Shown: positions 8,257 to 17,562, counted from the stretch's first letter. The stretch: 44,337 nt of DNA from Gammaproteobacteria bacterium (GCA_002719135.1 PBGU01000007.1:57731-102067), one strand, 5' to 3'. Numbers and translations are program-made. Notes: generated by a model from the sequence alone, not told the origin.

Positions 8257-9125
8257 ACCTCATTATCGATACTGACGTCGCGCTCGGCGTCGTCCACGAA
8301 GATCGTCCCCGCGATATCGACGATGCTTTCGCAATTATTGAAGCCATCAACGATAACGCGCTCAACCTACTCGGTATCACCACCGTTTACGGCAACGCTC
8401 CCTTGGACTTGGTTAATCGCGCAGCGCAAGAACTACTTACGGTAAAGAATGTGTCAATACCGATCGTGTCAGGAGCGGTGTCCGCAACACGTTCCGGCTC
8501 TAACGATGCGGTCGAATTCATGGCGGAGCAGCTTGGCAGGCAACGTCTTCATATTGCCGCCATTGGACCACTAACCAACGTTGGCCTCCTAGTTAAACGC
8601 TACCCCGAACGTGTCGCAAATATTGAATCGGTAGTGATCGTGGCAGGTCGTTCTCAAGGCCAGTCTTTCTTCATTGGCAATCAAGGTCCGGTCAATGACT
8701 TTAACTTCGAAAATGATGCAATGGCGGCAAGCGTCCTTCTGGAAAGCGGTGTAAGAGCGGTGCTCGCGGGGTTTGAATTGACCAGCCAGGTTACTGTGAC
8801 GGCCCGAGACCTATACCCTCTCACGCAGCAAGGCGGCGTTGGCTTGCATTGCTACCAACGTTGCCAGGATTGGATCAACTTTTGGCTCGAACGTTTTCCA
8901 GAAGACAACGGTATTCATCCCTGGGACTCTGCCGCCATCGCGTGGCTCAGCCACCCAGAATGGTTTATCGCAGAACAGCGCGGCTGGCGCTTACGCCAGG
9001 AAGGAGAGGTCCCACAGCTCGAAACCGATTCACATTTCGATGGCAAACAGGTGACCTTTTTGACGGGTTTCGCTGGTAGTGGCGCGACCGATTTCGTGCA
9101 AAACATTGTCTCCAATATTCGATAA
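8253..9125 (+). CDS. Inosine-uridine-preferring nucleoside hydrolase (IUNH) family protein
   Basis: The ATG at 8253 overlaps the kinase stop (ATGA). MNLIIDTDVALG...DIDDAFAI is an N-terminal Asp cluster, followed by GITTVYGNAP and IAAIGPLTNVG, typical of the IUNH fold. The track start at 8163 is an extension. Confidence 0.8.
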   Translation: MNLIIDTDVALGVVHEDRPRDIDDAFAIIEAINDNALNLLGITTVYGNAPLDLVNRAAQELLTVKNVSIPIVSGAVSATRSGSNDAVEFMAEQLGRQRLHIAAIGPLTNVGLLVKRYPERVANIESVVIVAGRSQGQSFFIGNQGPVNDFNFENDAMAASVLLESGVRAVLAGFELTSQVTVTARDLYPLTQQGGVGLHCYQRCQDWINFWLERFPEDNGIHPWDSAAIAWLSHPEWFIAEQRGWRLRQEGEVPQLETDSHFDGKQVTFLTGFAGSGATDFVQNIVSNIR

Positions 9126-9157
9126 GTAGTGCCATTGAATCCGATCTAACGAACTCT

Positions 9158-10894
9158 TCAGAACCAGTCAGATGACGGTTGCATCAAACTCGCGGAACCA
9201 CCGCGGATCGAAGCCACAAGTGAGTAGTACCGAGGTAGTAGCTTGGCAAAGTAATAATCCGCCACATAACGTTTATCCGTACTACCGGAAACGCCTGCCA
9301 TTCGTGCCCACATCCACGCATAGAGGACGTGACCCGTCACATCGAGATAATCGACTGACGCCGCGCCCGGGAGGTTACTGTCCGAAGGCGCCGAATCGCA
9401 TAGCCATCGCGTGACTTCTTGCCACGCGCTTAATGCCTCATCTAACGCCGCCGTATAACGTTCCGGTACCTCGGTTTGACGGATATCGTCAATCAATTCA
9501 CCCACCGTCGCACCGCCATCTCTTAGAACTTTGCGTGAAACCAGATCGAGCGCCTGGATCCCGTTAGCGCCCTCATAGATCTGCGCAATACGTACGTCTC
9601 GAACAAGTTGCTCGACGCCCCATTCACGAATATACCCGTGACCTCCAAAAACCTGCTGCCCCAGCAGCGTACACTCCAACCCGCGATCGGTGATAAACGC
9701 CTTAGCGACGGGCGTCAGCAAATCAACAAAGCCCGATGCTTTCTCGCGAACCGCCTCAATAGGGGCGTATTTCGCTCGATCAAGCTGCAACCCGACGTAC
9801 ATTGAAAATGCCCGACCACCTTCGTTGTATGCGCGTTGCGTCAACAACATTCGACGTACGTCCGGGTGCCCAACGATGGCATCGGCGTCGGTGTTTGCAA
9901 CGCGTGAGCCCTCCGGTGCGCGTCCTTGGACCCGTTCCTTGGCGTAGGAAGACGACGCCTGATACGCCCGCTCGGCGAGTCCAAGCCCCTGAATACCGAC
10001 TGACAAGCGCTCGTAATTCATCATCGTGAACATGCAAGCGAGGCCCTGATTGGGTTCTCCAATAAGGTACCCGATCGCGTCTCCGTAGTTGATCACAGAC
10101 GTAGCGCTCCCTTTGATACCCATCTTGTGTTCGATCGAAGCACTTTCAAAACCGTTGCGCTCTCCCAGCGATCCATCGTCACCGGGTATGTATTTCGGTA
10201 CTAAGAACAGCGATATACCGCGACTACCAGCTGGCGCATCCGGCACTTTTGCAAGAACCAGGTGGACGATATTTTTCGCTAAATCATGTTCACCACTGGT
10301 GATGAATATTTTGGTTCCCGTGATGCCGTAGCGTCCGTCGGAACGTGGCGTCGCTCGTGTTCGAATGAGTCCGAGATCGGTCCCGGCATGCGCTTCGGTA
10401 AGGGCCATCGCACCAGTCCATTCGCCACTATAGAACTTCGGCAGGTACAAACGACGCGTGTCCTCATCGGCATGGGCATCCACACAAATAGCCGCCCCCA
10501 CCGTCAACGTCGCGTACAGCCACAAGTTGGTATTGGCTCCCCAAAACATCTCTTCCAAAGACGCCGTCAACATCTTCGGCAAACCCTGCCCGCCGAATTC
10601 CGGATTGCCCGACACGCCCAGCCATCCGCCTGCGGCTAATGCAGCGTACGCGTCCTTGAACCCTTCAGGAGCCGTGACAACCCCGTCACTCCAATGTGCC
10701 CCTTCCTCGTCTGAAGATTGAGATAAGGGCGCCATAACGTCACGAGCCAACTTCCCGCATTCGGTCACAACGGCCCTGACGGTGTCTCGATCAAACGAAT
10801 CGAACGCTGGGATCTGCGCCCATTCGGTTTCGGCGTCAAAGAGGTCGTATAGAACAAATTCAATGTCGTTCCCCGGGGGCATGTACGGCAACAT
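9158..10894 (-). CDS. Long-form acyl-CoA dehydrogenase (about 580 aa, FadE1/FadE2/DmdC-like family)
   Basis: ACAD motifs are present: LTEAHAGTDLG, GTKIFITSGEHD and the catalytic IYEGANGIQALDL, plus the extra C-terminal helical domain typical of about 590-aa ACADs. Its start shares one nucleotide with the upstream paralog's stop (TGATG). Confidence 0.85.
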   Translation of the reverse strand: MLPYMPPGNDIEFVLYDLFDAETEWAQIPAFDSFDRDTVRAVVTECGKLARDVMAPLSQSSDEEGAHWSDGVVTAPEGFKDAYAALAAGGWLGVSGNPEFGGQGLPKMLTASLEEMFWGANTNLWLYATLTVGAAICVDAHADEDTRRLYLPKFYSGEWTGAMALTEAHAGTDLGLIRTRATPRSDGRYGITGTKIFITSGEHDLAKNIVHLVLAKVPDAPAGSRGISLFLVPKYIPGDDGSLGERNGFESASIEHKMGIKGSATSVINYGDAIGYLIGEPNQGLACMFTMMNYERLSVGIQGLGLAERAYQASSSYAKERVQGRAPEGSRVANTDADAIVGHPDVRRMLLTQRAYNEGGRAFSMYVGLQLDRAKYAPIEAVREKASGFVDLLTPVAKAFITDRGLECTLLGQQVFGGHGYIREWGVEQLVRDVRIAQIYEGANGIQALDLVSRKVLRDGGATVGELIDDIRQTEVPERYTAALDEALSAWQEVTRWLCDSAPSDSNLPGAASVDYLDVTGHVLYAWMWARMAGVSGSTDKRYVADYYFAKLLPRYYSLVASIRGGSASLMQPSSDWF

Positions 10895-12651
10895 CAGTGG
10901 TGTCCGAATTCGTTTGCCGAGACGTCCATTAGCGAGTCTGCACCCGATAATGCAGCCCGATGATGGGCGTTCGCCCGCGGGAGTATGCGGTCAAAAAAGA
11001 ACTGGGCTGTTTTCACTTTCCCTCGCATAAAGGCGTCGTCTTCGTGGGCGCTCGCCACACGCGCAATACGTGCCCAGAAGTACGCCATGGTGGCGTACCC
11101 GCTGTACATCAAGAAATCAACCGACGCCGCCCCAATCTCGTCTACGTCTTCCATGGCCTTGCCACCAAGTCCCAACGCAAGCTCACCCCACTGATCGGCG
11201 AGTTCCCGCAACGCGGAAGCGAATGGTCCGTCCGATTGCAAATCGGCTTCGGCTCGAATCATCTCAATAAAACTCGTTAACGCTTTACCCTGATTCATCA
11301 CGACTTTTCGACCCAGAAGGTCAAGCGCTTGAATTTGGGTGGTGCCTTCGTAAATCAAGGTGATACGGGCGTCCCGTACCAGTTGCTCGACACCCGTCTC
11401 GCGTATAAAACCGTGTCCCCCGTGTATCTGCAACGCATGGTTTACCGCTTCGAAAGCCGTCTCAGTTACAAATCCCTTAACGATCGGTGTCATCAGATCG
11501 AGAAGGCGCTCGGCACTTGCGCGATCGTCGCCGGAACCGCGATGAGCGATATCGGAAAGTTGGGCTGCGAAATACGTCATCACCCGACCTCCTTCCAAAA
11601 ACGCCTTCTGTGTAAGCAACATGCGTCGCACGTCAGGATGAACGAGGATCGGATCGGCTGGCTGATCTGGGGATTTGGGGCCCGATGCAGCACGCATCTG
11701 CAGGCGTTCCGTCGCGTACTGAAGGGATGCCTGATAACCCAATTCCATCAGACAAACGCCTTGGGTACCCACAAGGATGCGCGCCTCATTCATCATCGTA
11801 AACATGCACCGCATGCCGTCGTTGGCTTGGCCTACCAAATAGCCACAACTGTCTTCAAAGTGCAGCATGCAGGTGGCGTTCCCATGGATGCCCATCTTGT
11901 CCTCGATCGCACCACAAACGACGCCGTTTAACGCGCCATCGAGTAATTTCGGCACCACAAATAGAGAAATTCCCTTGGTTCCCGCAGGGGAATCGGGAAG
12001 CCGCGCGAGAACCAAATGCACGATGTTGTCTGCAAGATCGTGATCGCCCGATGAAATAAATATTTTGGTTCCACTAATGCGGTAGGAACCGTCCGCGTGG
12101 GGCTCGGCACGTGTATTCAGCAAACCAACGTCGGACCCGCAATGCGGTTCGGTCAAGCACATGGTTCCAGTCCATTCTCCCGATATAAGACTTGGCAAAA
12201 ACGTCGCCTTCAGGTCATCAGAACCGTGCGAATCGATGGCATTGATAGCCGCCCGTGACAAACTACCGTACATCGTCCATGCCATATTCGCGCTGGCCAT
12301 GATCTCTTCAACCCAGAGACTGATGGACCGTGGCAATCCCTGGCCCCCGAACGCCGGATTCCCTGCGATGGACGGCCATCCGCCTTGCACGTACGTGGCA
12401 TAGGCTTCGGCAAACCCCGCTGGGGTCGTTACCACGCCGTCGTTCCACGAACACCCAGTCTTATCCCCCGACGCGCGCAAAGGGAACAATTCGTTCTCAG
12501 CAAAGCGCGCACACTGCTCCAGGACGGTGTCGACTAGATCCCGGGACGCATCACTTTCTATCGCCTCAAAATGACCGTCAAAGTCGAGGACATCGTTAAT
12601 GAGAAAACGCATGTCGCGAAGCGGCGTCTGATAATCCATATCCAAACCCAT
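10894..12651 (-). CDS. Long-form acyl-CoA dehydrogenase, paralog of the downstream gene
   Basis: LTEPHCGSDVG, GTKIFISSGDHD and the catalytic IYEGTTQIQALDL. It is collinear with the 578-aa neighbour. The start may instead be the second ATG at 12639 (MDYQTPL). Confidence 0.85.
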   Translation of the reverse strand: MGLDMDYQTPLRDMRFLINDVLDFDGHFEAIESDASRDLVDTVLEQCARFAENELFPLRASGDKTGCSWNDGVVTTPAGFAEAYATYVQGGWPSIAGNPAFGGQGLPRSISLWVEEIMASANMAWTMYGSLSRAAINAIDSHGSDDLKATFLPSLISGEWTGTMCLTEPHCGSDVGLLNTRAEPHADGSYRISGTKIFISSGDHDLADNIVHLVLARLPDSPAGTKGISLFVVPKLLDGALNGVVCGAIEDKMGIHGNATCMLHFEDSCGYLVGQANDGMRCMFTMMNEARILVGTQGVCLMELGYQASLQYATERLQMRAASGPKSPDQPADPILVHPDVRRMLLTQKAFLEGGRVMTYFAAQLSDIAHRGSGDDRASAERLLDLMTPIVKGFVTETAFEAVNHALQIHGGHGFIRETGVEQLVRDARITLIYEGTTQIQALDLLGRKVVMNQGKALTSFIEMIRAEADLQSDGPFASALRELADQWGELALGLGGKAMEDVDEIGAASVDFLMYSGYATMAYFWARIARVASAHEDDAFMRGKVKTAQFFFDRILPRANAHHRAALSGADSLMDVSANEFGHH

Positions 12652-12808
12652 CGATTTTCAGCGCGCATAATAACTAACTTGGATCGCGCTTTTGGGCCCT
12701 TCCGTCAGATCACCACGAAGACAAACGCGCCCGCGAACGTGACGAATCGAAACCGCTTGGCATACACTGCCGTCGCCTTACGACTACGGGCGGGAGCCGC
12801 GAGTCTGG

Positions 12809-13786
12809 TTGACGGATACACCCTACGAGCATTTGACCCCCGAGATCATTCTCGACGCGATCGAGATCTTGGGCTATCGCACCAACGGAACGCTTACCGC
12901 ACTCAACAGTTACGAAAATCGGGTATATCAGGTAGGCGTTGAAGAAGACGAACCGATCATCGCCAAATTCTATCGGCCCGATCGTTGGACGGATGAATGT
13001 ATTCGTGAAGAGCACGACTTTACGCAGGAACTTCTGGACAACGAAATCCCTTGTGTCGCGCCCGTGCCCGTTGGTGGTCAAACACTCTTTCACGTCGCCG
13101 GCGCCGAATTTAGATTTGCTCTTTTTCCACGGCGCGCTGGTCGACCTCCCAATATCGAAGATCGAGACGTACTCTCCGTCATGGGGCGCGCCGTGGCTAG
13201 AATCCACTCGACCGGTGGAGCGAGACATTTTGCACACCGTCCCTCACTGACGCCCGAGCGTCTTGGGCATGAGAGTCGGGCTTTCCTACTTTCTTCCGAT
13301 TTCATCCCAACGGAGCTCTTCGACGCCTACGAGTCGATCACCAACCATTTACTTCAGCGCATCGACTCTGCCTTCGAAAACCAACCCGCTGGCGTGCGCA
13401 TTCACGGCGACTGCCATCTCGGCAATTTATTGTGGCGTTACGACGCGCCCAATTTCGTCGACTTCGACGACACGCAAACCGGGCCGCCGATCCAGGATTT
13501 GTGGATGCTTCTGTCGGGGGATCGTGAGGACCAAGAATCCATTCTGTCCGACCTGCTCGAGGCGTACTCGATGTTTTGTTCGTTCGACTCGCGAACGATA
13601 GTGCTGATCGAGCCGCTTCGAACGCTCAGAATGATTCACCATGCGGCATGGATCGGGAGGCGCTGGAACGACCCCGCCTTCCCACTCGCGTTTCCGTGGT
13701 TCGATGGAATCAAATATTGGTCCGACCACGTCCTGAGCCTCCGGGAGCAACTCGCGATATTGGACGAACCCCCTCTTTCAGTCTGA
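12809..13786 (+). CDS. srkA: Stress-response serine/threonine kinase SrkA (YihE/RdoA)
   Basis: LTPEIILDAIEILGYRTNGTLTALNSYENRVYQVGVEEDEPIIAKFYRPDRW closely parallels E. coli YihE. The catalytic loop is IHGDCHLGNLLW. The start is TTG. Confidence 0.85.
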   Translation: MTDTPYEHLTPEIILDAIEILGYRTNGTLTALNSYENRVYQVGVEEDEPIIAKFYRPDRWTDECIREEHDFTQELLDNEIPCVAPVPVGGQTLFHVAGAEFRFALFPRRAGRPPNIEDRDVLSVMGRAVARIHSTGGARHFAHRPSLTPERLGHESRAFLLSSDFIPTELFDAYESITNHLLQRIDSAFENQPAGVRIHGDCHLGNLLWRYDAPNFVDFDDTQTGPPIQDLWMLLSGDREDQESILSDLLEAYSMFCSFDSRTIVLIEPLRTLRMIHHAAWIGRRWNDPAFPLAFPWFDGIKYWSDHVLSLREQLAILDEPPLSV

Positions 13787-13788
13787 TC

Positions 13789-14931
13789 TTATCGTTCGCC
13801 AACCTTCAGGAGCTCGCGTTTATTGCGGATCTGATTAGCGTACTGCAGCAGAAAGAATGGGCGCTGGTTATCTGGTAATTGCTCAAGTGCGTCATCAAAG
13901 GCGCCGGCCACTTGCCCACGAAGTCCGACAACGTTCTCCTGTCCCGTGAGCCGATTCTCTGATTCCAAGTAGGTGGGATAAGACTCAATTCCACCCGCGA
14001 TACACCTGTCGATCTCCGTCGCTAGCGCCTCGACAGTATCGAAATCGCTACGAAGGGGTTTCGAAAAATTCAAATGAACACGGCCCTTAAATCCCAAGAT
14101 GCCCGCGACGATACTTTCGAGATCCTCGTTCGCACGCTTCTCGTATTTTCCATCACGTTCCGTCAAATACAGTTCGCGAGCCTTCATACCCGCGCAAGGA
14201 TCGACCTCATATGAAATCGAGACAGGCACCAACTGCACTTGGTTCAACCAAGCCGATACGCTTTCGTCAGCCTCGTTCCGATAGGCAAGCATGAACATCT
14301 TTAGAATGGCCGGTTCGGTCCGATCAAACCCATCTTTCGAACGACCCTCGCGTTGTGAAATCCACACCGAATGACCAGCATCTAGCGTCGACCGGATGTA
14401 CGCCGACGTGCGCAAAAGGGCCGCATATTGTGCTTTTAGGCCCTTCTCGTTCCGAACAACGACGAAACTTTTAGTCAGACGCATCAGGTCCGATTCGAAT
14501 CCATGACTAAAAAGATTGTCCCCAACAGCAATCTGAGAGGTCGGGAAGTCATTCGACCAAAGGGCATAATTCATAAAACCAGAATCCATCGCAATGTCTC
14601 GATGGTTGGCAATGAATAAATACGGCAATTCACGATCCAAGCGTTCGATGCCAGAGCACGAGAAACCGTCAGTCGTCCGACGAATCATATGTTCGAAGTA
14701 CCCCGACAGCAAAACCTGCACGTCGCTAATTGTGGTTAATCCCTTCGCGCGTCGACGAAGTAATTGACGGGCGAACATCCGCGCAGAAAGAGGAAGAAAA
14801 CGGTACCAGCGAGGCACCAAAAAAGCCGCCACACTGCCCACCATATCTGGATCTTGAATTAGGCGCTCTATCACACCAGCTACTTCAGCATCCTGATACG
14901 GGCGGATATCATCGAAATTGTCCACGATCAC
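13789..14931 (-). CDS. PlsC-family (lysophospholipid/glycerolipid) acyltransferase
   Basis: H-X4-D acyltransferase motif in FIANHRDIAMDSGF. The start is GTG. 380 aa. The substrate cannot be assigned. Confidence 0.7.
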   Translation of the reverse strand: MIVDNFDDIRPYQDAEVAGVIERLIQDPDMVGSVAAFLVPRWYRFLPLSARMFARQLLRRRAKGLTTISDVQVLLSGYFEHMIRRTTDGFSCSGIERLDRELPYLFIANHRDIAMDSGFMNYALWSNDFPTSQIAVGDNLFSHGFESDLMRLTKSFVVVRNEKGLKAQYAALLRTSAYIRSTLDAGHSVWISQREGRSKDGFDRTEPAILKMFMLAYRNEADESVSAWLNQVQLVPVSISYEVDPCAGMKARELYLTERDGKYEKRANEDLESIVAGILGFKGRVHLNFSKPLRSDFDTVEALATEIDRCIAGGIESYPTYLESENRLTGQENVVGLRGQVAGAFDDALEQLPDNQRPFFLLQYANQIRNKRELLKVGER

Positions 14932-14955
14932 GCTAAACTAGCGGATAACGCATTC

Positions 14956-14985
14956 CGATACGAACCCGCGTTAGGGTTCGTATCG
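14956..14985. promoter_or_regulatory. Perfect 12-bp inverted repeat CGATACGAACCC-N6-GGGTTCGTATCG in a divergent promoter region
   Basis: Read directly: arms 14956-14967 and 14974-14985, spacer GCGTTA. It lies between the acyltransferase start (14931) and the MBL hydrolase start (15013). The repeat itself is certain; an operator function is inferred. Confidence 0.5.
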
Positions 14986-15012
14986 TCTAGGGAAGACGTA
15001 TAGGAAGTCCAC

Positions 15013-15975
15013 ATGACGTTGTCGATCAGACCATTCACGCATGGATTACACGACCTCGGATCCGGCGGATATGCGTGGATTCAGCCAGACGGCGGTTGGG
15101 GATGGAGCAATGCGGGTCTTGTCGTAGACGGTGATGAATCGCTTCTCGTCGACACCCTCTTCGACTTAAAACTCACCCGCGAGATGCTGAACGCCATGTC
15201 ACGAGCCGAACCCACCGCCGCGCGTTCATTCAACACGCTCGTTAATACTCATGCGAACGGCGATCACTGCAACGGCAACGAACTCGTCCACGGGGCGGAA
15301 ATCATCTCCTCAGCAGCTACCGCAGCCGAACTTGCCGAGGAATCCCCTGATCGATTGGCAACAATGATGCGCAACGCCCCCTCGTTGGGCGAAACTGGGG
15401 AGTTCCTACAGCGCTGTTTTGGCGCATTCGACTTCGAGGGCATCACGCCGACATTACCTACTCGAACCTTTGAAGGGACGATGAACGTCTCTGTTGGGGA
15501 TAAGGAGGTCCGGTTAAAACAGGTTGGACCTTGCCACACCAAAGGCGACATTCTGGCGTACGTTCCTGACGACAAGCTCATTTTCACCGGGGACATTCTC
15601 TTTATCGAGGGACACCCCATTCTCTGGGTCGGACCCATCGCCAATTGGATCGACGCGTGCGATTACATGCTCGGAATCGACGTTGAGACCATCGTACCGG
15701 GACACGGCCCTATTACCGATAAACGGGGGGTAACGGCCGTTCGGGACTATCTCGTGTACATCCGAGACGAGGCCAACAAACGTTACCGAGCTGGTCTACC
15801 CGTTTACGAAGCAGCCATGGATATATCTCTTACCGATTATGACAATTGGGGTGATGCCGAACGGATCGTGATCAACGTCGCTACGTTGTATCGAGAATTC
15901 GGTTCCACTGAAAAAACGGGGGATCTATTTGGCCTGATGGCTAAGGCCGACAAAGCGCGGCGTCAGTCTACTTAA
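15013..15975 (+). CDS. MBL-fold metallo-hydrolase
   Basis: NTHANGDHCNGN (H-x-H-x-DH-like metal motif) and a downstream PGHGP motif. AGGAAG Shine-Dalgarno at 15002-15007. Confidence 0.8.
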   Translation: MTLSIRPFTHGLHDLGSGGYAWIQPDGGWGWSNAGLVVDGDESLLVDTLFDLKLTREMLNAMSRAEPTAARSFNTLVNTHANGDHCNGNELVHGAEIISSAATAAELAEESPDRLATMMRNAPSLGETGEFLQRCFGAFDFEGITPTLPTRTFEGTMNVSVGDKEVRLKQVGPCHTKGDILAYVPDDKLIFTGDILFIEGHPILWVGPIANWIDACDYMLGIDVETIVPGHGPITDKRGVTAVRDYLVYIRDEANKRYRAGLPVYEAAMDISLTDYDNWGDAERIVINVATLYREFGSTEKTGDLFGLMAKADKARRQST

Positions 15976-16715
15976 ACGGTCACCGTCTGCGTTAACGCAA
16001 ATACGGCTGACGCGATAATCCCGATCCCCAACAGCAGAAGTGTTGTAAACGCGACGCGACGCATGTTTCCTTCGTCAAACAAAGCCGCGTGACGACGGGC
16101 TAGCCAAGTCCCGAGGACGACGGCCGGTAACCCCAGCGCGGTTAATTGCCACACGATCTCGGATAGCCCCCCGCTAAAGCCGACCACCACCGAACGCGTA
16201 CTGGTCGTTACGAGGTACCCCGCCAATAGAGTCGCTCGCACAGTGGCCACGGGAATAGGTTGGCGATATGCAAACCAACCAATCACCGGTCCTGACGCGG
16301 CGAACATACCGCCAACAAGTCCCCCTCCAGCGCCCGCTACCACGGCGGACCATATCGGCGATCTCGTCGACCGCGGCGTTGGCCGCAACACCATCGACGC
16401 GCTTCCGCCAACGATGAAGACACCAAGGATCAAATACAGAACGTTTTCGGCGTTGGTCGAAAGCTGATGCAGTAACCAGATGCCAGCGCCGATCGCAGTA
16501 AGTTGTCCCACCGAAAGACTTAGCCATAGACCCCAATCAACGTCTCTCGCGTGGCCATAAAGTGCGACCCCGACATTGACGAACGCGAGAAAACTGACGA
16601 CCGCAGCCGTGACCGCCACGTCATAAACCTGCGCCGCAGCCACAATCGCCATGACAACGATACCCAGCGCAAACCCGGTGATGCCTTGCACGTAACTGCC
16701 AAGAAACACCGCCAT
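15972..16715 (-). CDS. TauE/SafE family anion (sulfite/sulfonate) exporter
   Basis: Polytopic protein. The N-terminus FLGSYVQGITGFALGIVVMA and repeated glycine-rich helices are typical of TauE/SafE. The ATG at 16715 is preferred because the track start at 16790 would overlap the divergent SDR start codon. Confidence 0.75.
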   Translation of the reverse strand: MAVFLGSYVQGITGFALGIVVMAIVAAAQVYDVAVTAAVVSFLAFVNVGVALYGHARDVDWGLWLSLSVGQLTAIGAGIWLLHQLSTNAENVLYLILGVFIVGGSASMVLRPTPRSTRSPIWSAVVAGAGGGLVGGMFAASGPVIGWFAYRQPIPVATVRATLLAGYLVTTSTRSVVVGFSGGLSEIVWQLTALGLPAVVLGTWLARRHAALFDEGNMRRVAFTTLLLLGIGIIASAVFALTQTVTV

Positions 16716-16788
16716 GAGAAAAACCGAGACGGGCCATACTTCCACTACAACAGTGTATTCTGACGGACAACGAGATGTTGGGATTTCC

Positions 16789-17562
16789 ATGGATTTGCAG
16801 CTTTCAGGTCGCCGCGTTCTCGTAACCGGGAGCTATCGGGGTACCGGCATGTTGATGGCAAAACGGTTTATCGAAGAAGGTAGCGACGTCGCCGTGCATG
16901 GATTCACCGAGGCGCAGGCGAGAGACGCCGTGGCTGAGCTGGGGGGTGGCTATCCTGTGTTCGGGGACATCTGCCGCGATGACGGTACTAACACGCTCAT
17001 CGAGCAGCTCAAAGCAACCCCTGAAATTCTCGTGAACAACTACGGCACGGCAGAATCAGGCCGGTGGGAGACACTCAGTTCAAGCGATTGGGTCGACCTC
17101 TACCAAAAAAACGTACTCTCAGCCGAACGGCTCATCCAAGCATTTTTGCCGGATATGAAGGCCATGAATAGAGCACGCATCATCAACTTAGGTACCGTTG
17201 GTTCTACGCGTCCTAATTCAAGAAATCCGCACTACTATGCTGCCAAGGGGGCTCTAGCCACGATGACCGTCAGTCTCGCAAAAGAGGTGGCCGGTACCAA
17301 TATCCGAGTGAATCTGGTGTCACCCGGCATGATTTTGACACCCGAGGTGCAAGAGGCGTACATGCGCCGAGGTGCAGCCAACGGCTGGGGCAAGACCTGG
17401 GAAGAGATTGAGCCTCGTATCGCCGCCGATGTTCCCATCGGCCGTATTGTCCGACGCGACGAGGTCGCCGACTTGATCGTGTTCCTCGCGAGTGCGAAAG
17501 CCGACGCCATACACGGACAGAACATTCGTATTGACGGCGGCGCTCTGGACGTCGTCACGTAG
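16789..17562 (+). CDS. SDR-family oxidoreductase
   Basis: From the ATG at 16789: VLVTGSYRGTG (Rossmann glycine motif), NNYG and the catalytic YYAAKGAL (YxxxK). Confidence 0.85.
   Translation: MDLQLSGRRVLVTGSYRGTGMLMAKRFIEEGSDVAVHGFTEAQARDAVAELGGGYPVFGDICRDDGTNTLIEQLKATPEILVNNYGTAESGRWETLSSSDWVDLYQKNVLSAERLIQAFLPDMKAMNRARIINLGTVGSTRPNSRNPHYYAAKGALATMTVSLAKEVAGTNIRVNLVSPGMILTPEVQEAYMRRGAANGWGKTWEEIEPRIAADVPIGRIVRRDEVADLIVFLASAKADAIHGQNIRIDGGALDVVT

Noticed and set aside
12660-12694. AGCGCG-N19-CGCGCT followed by TTTT, terminator-like on the plus strand.
   Set aside because: No plus-strand gene ends upstream of it, because it lies in the divergent ACAD/srkA promoter region. The 19-nt loop is too large, and on the minus strand there is no T tract.
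15972-15975. TTAA shared as the stop codon by the convergent MBL and TauE genes.
   Set aside because: It is a real overlap but most simply a coincidence of compact gene packing. There is no evidence of regulatory significance beyond the general note on abutting convergent genes.
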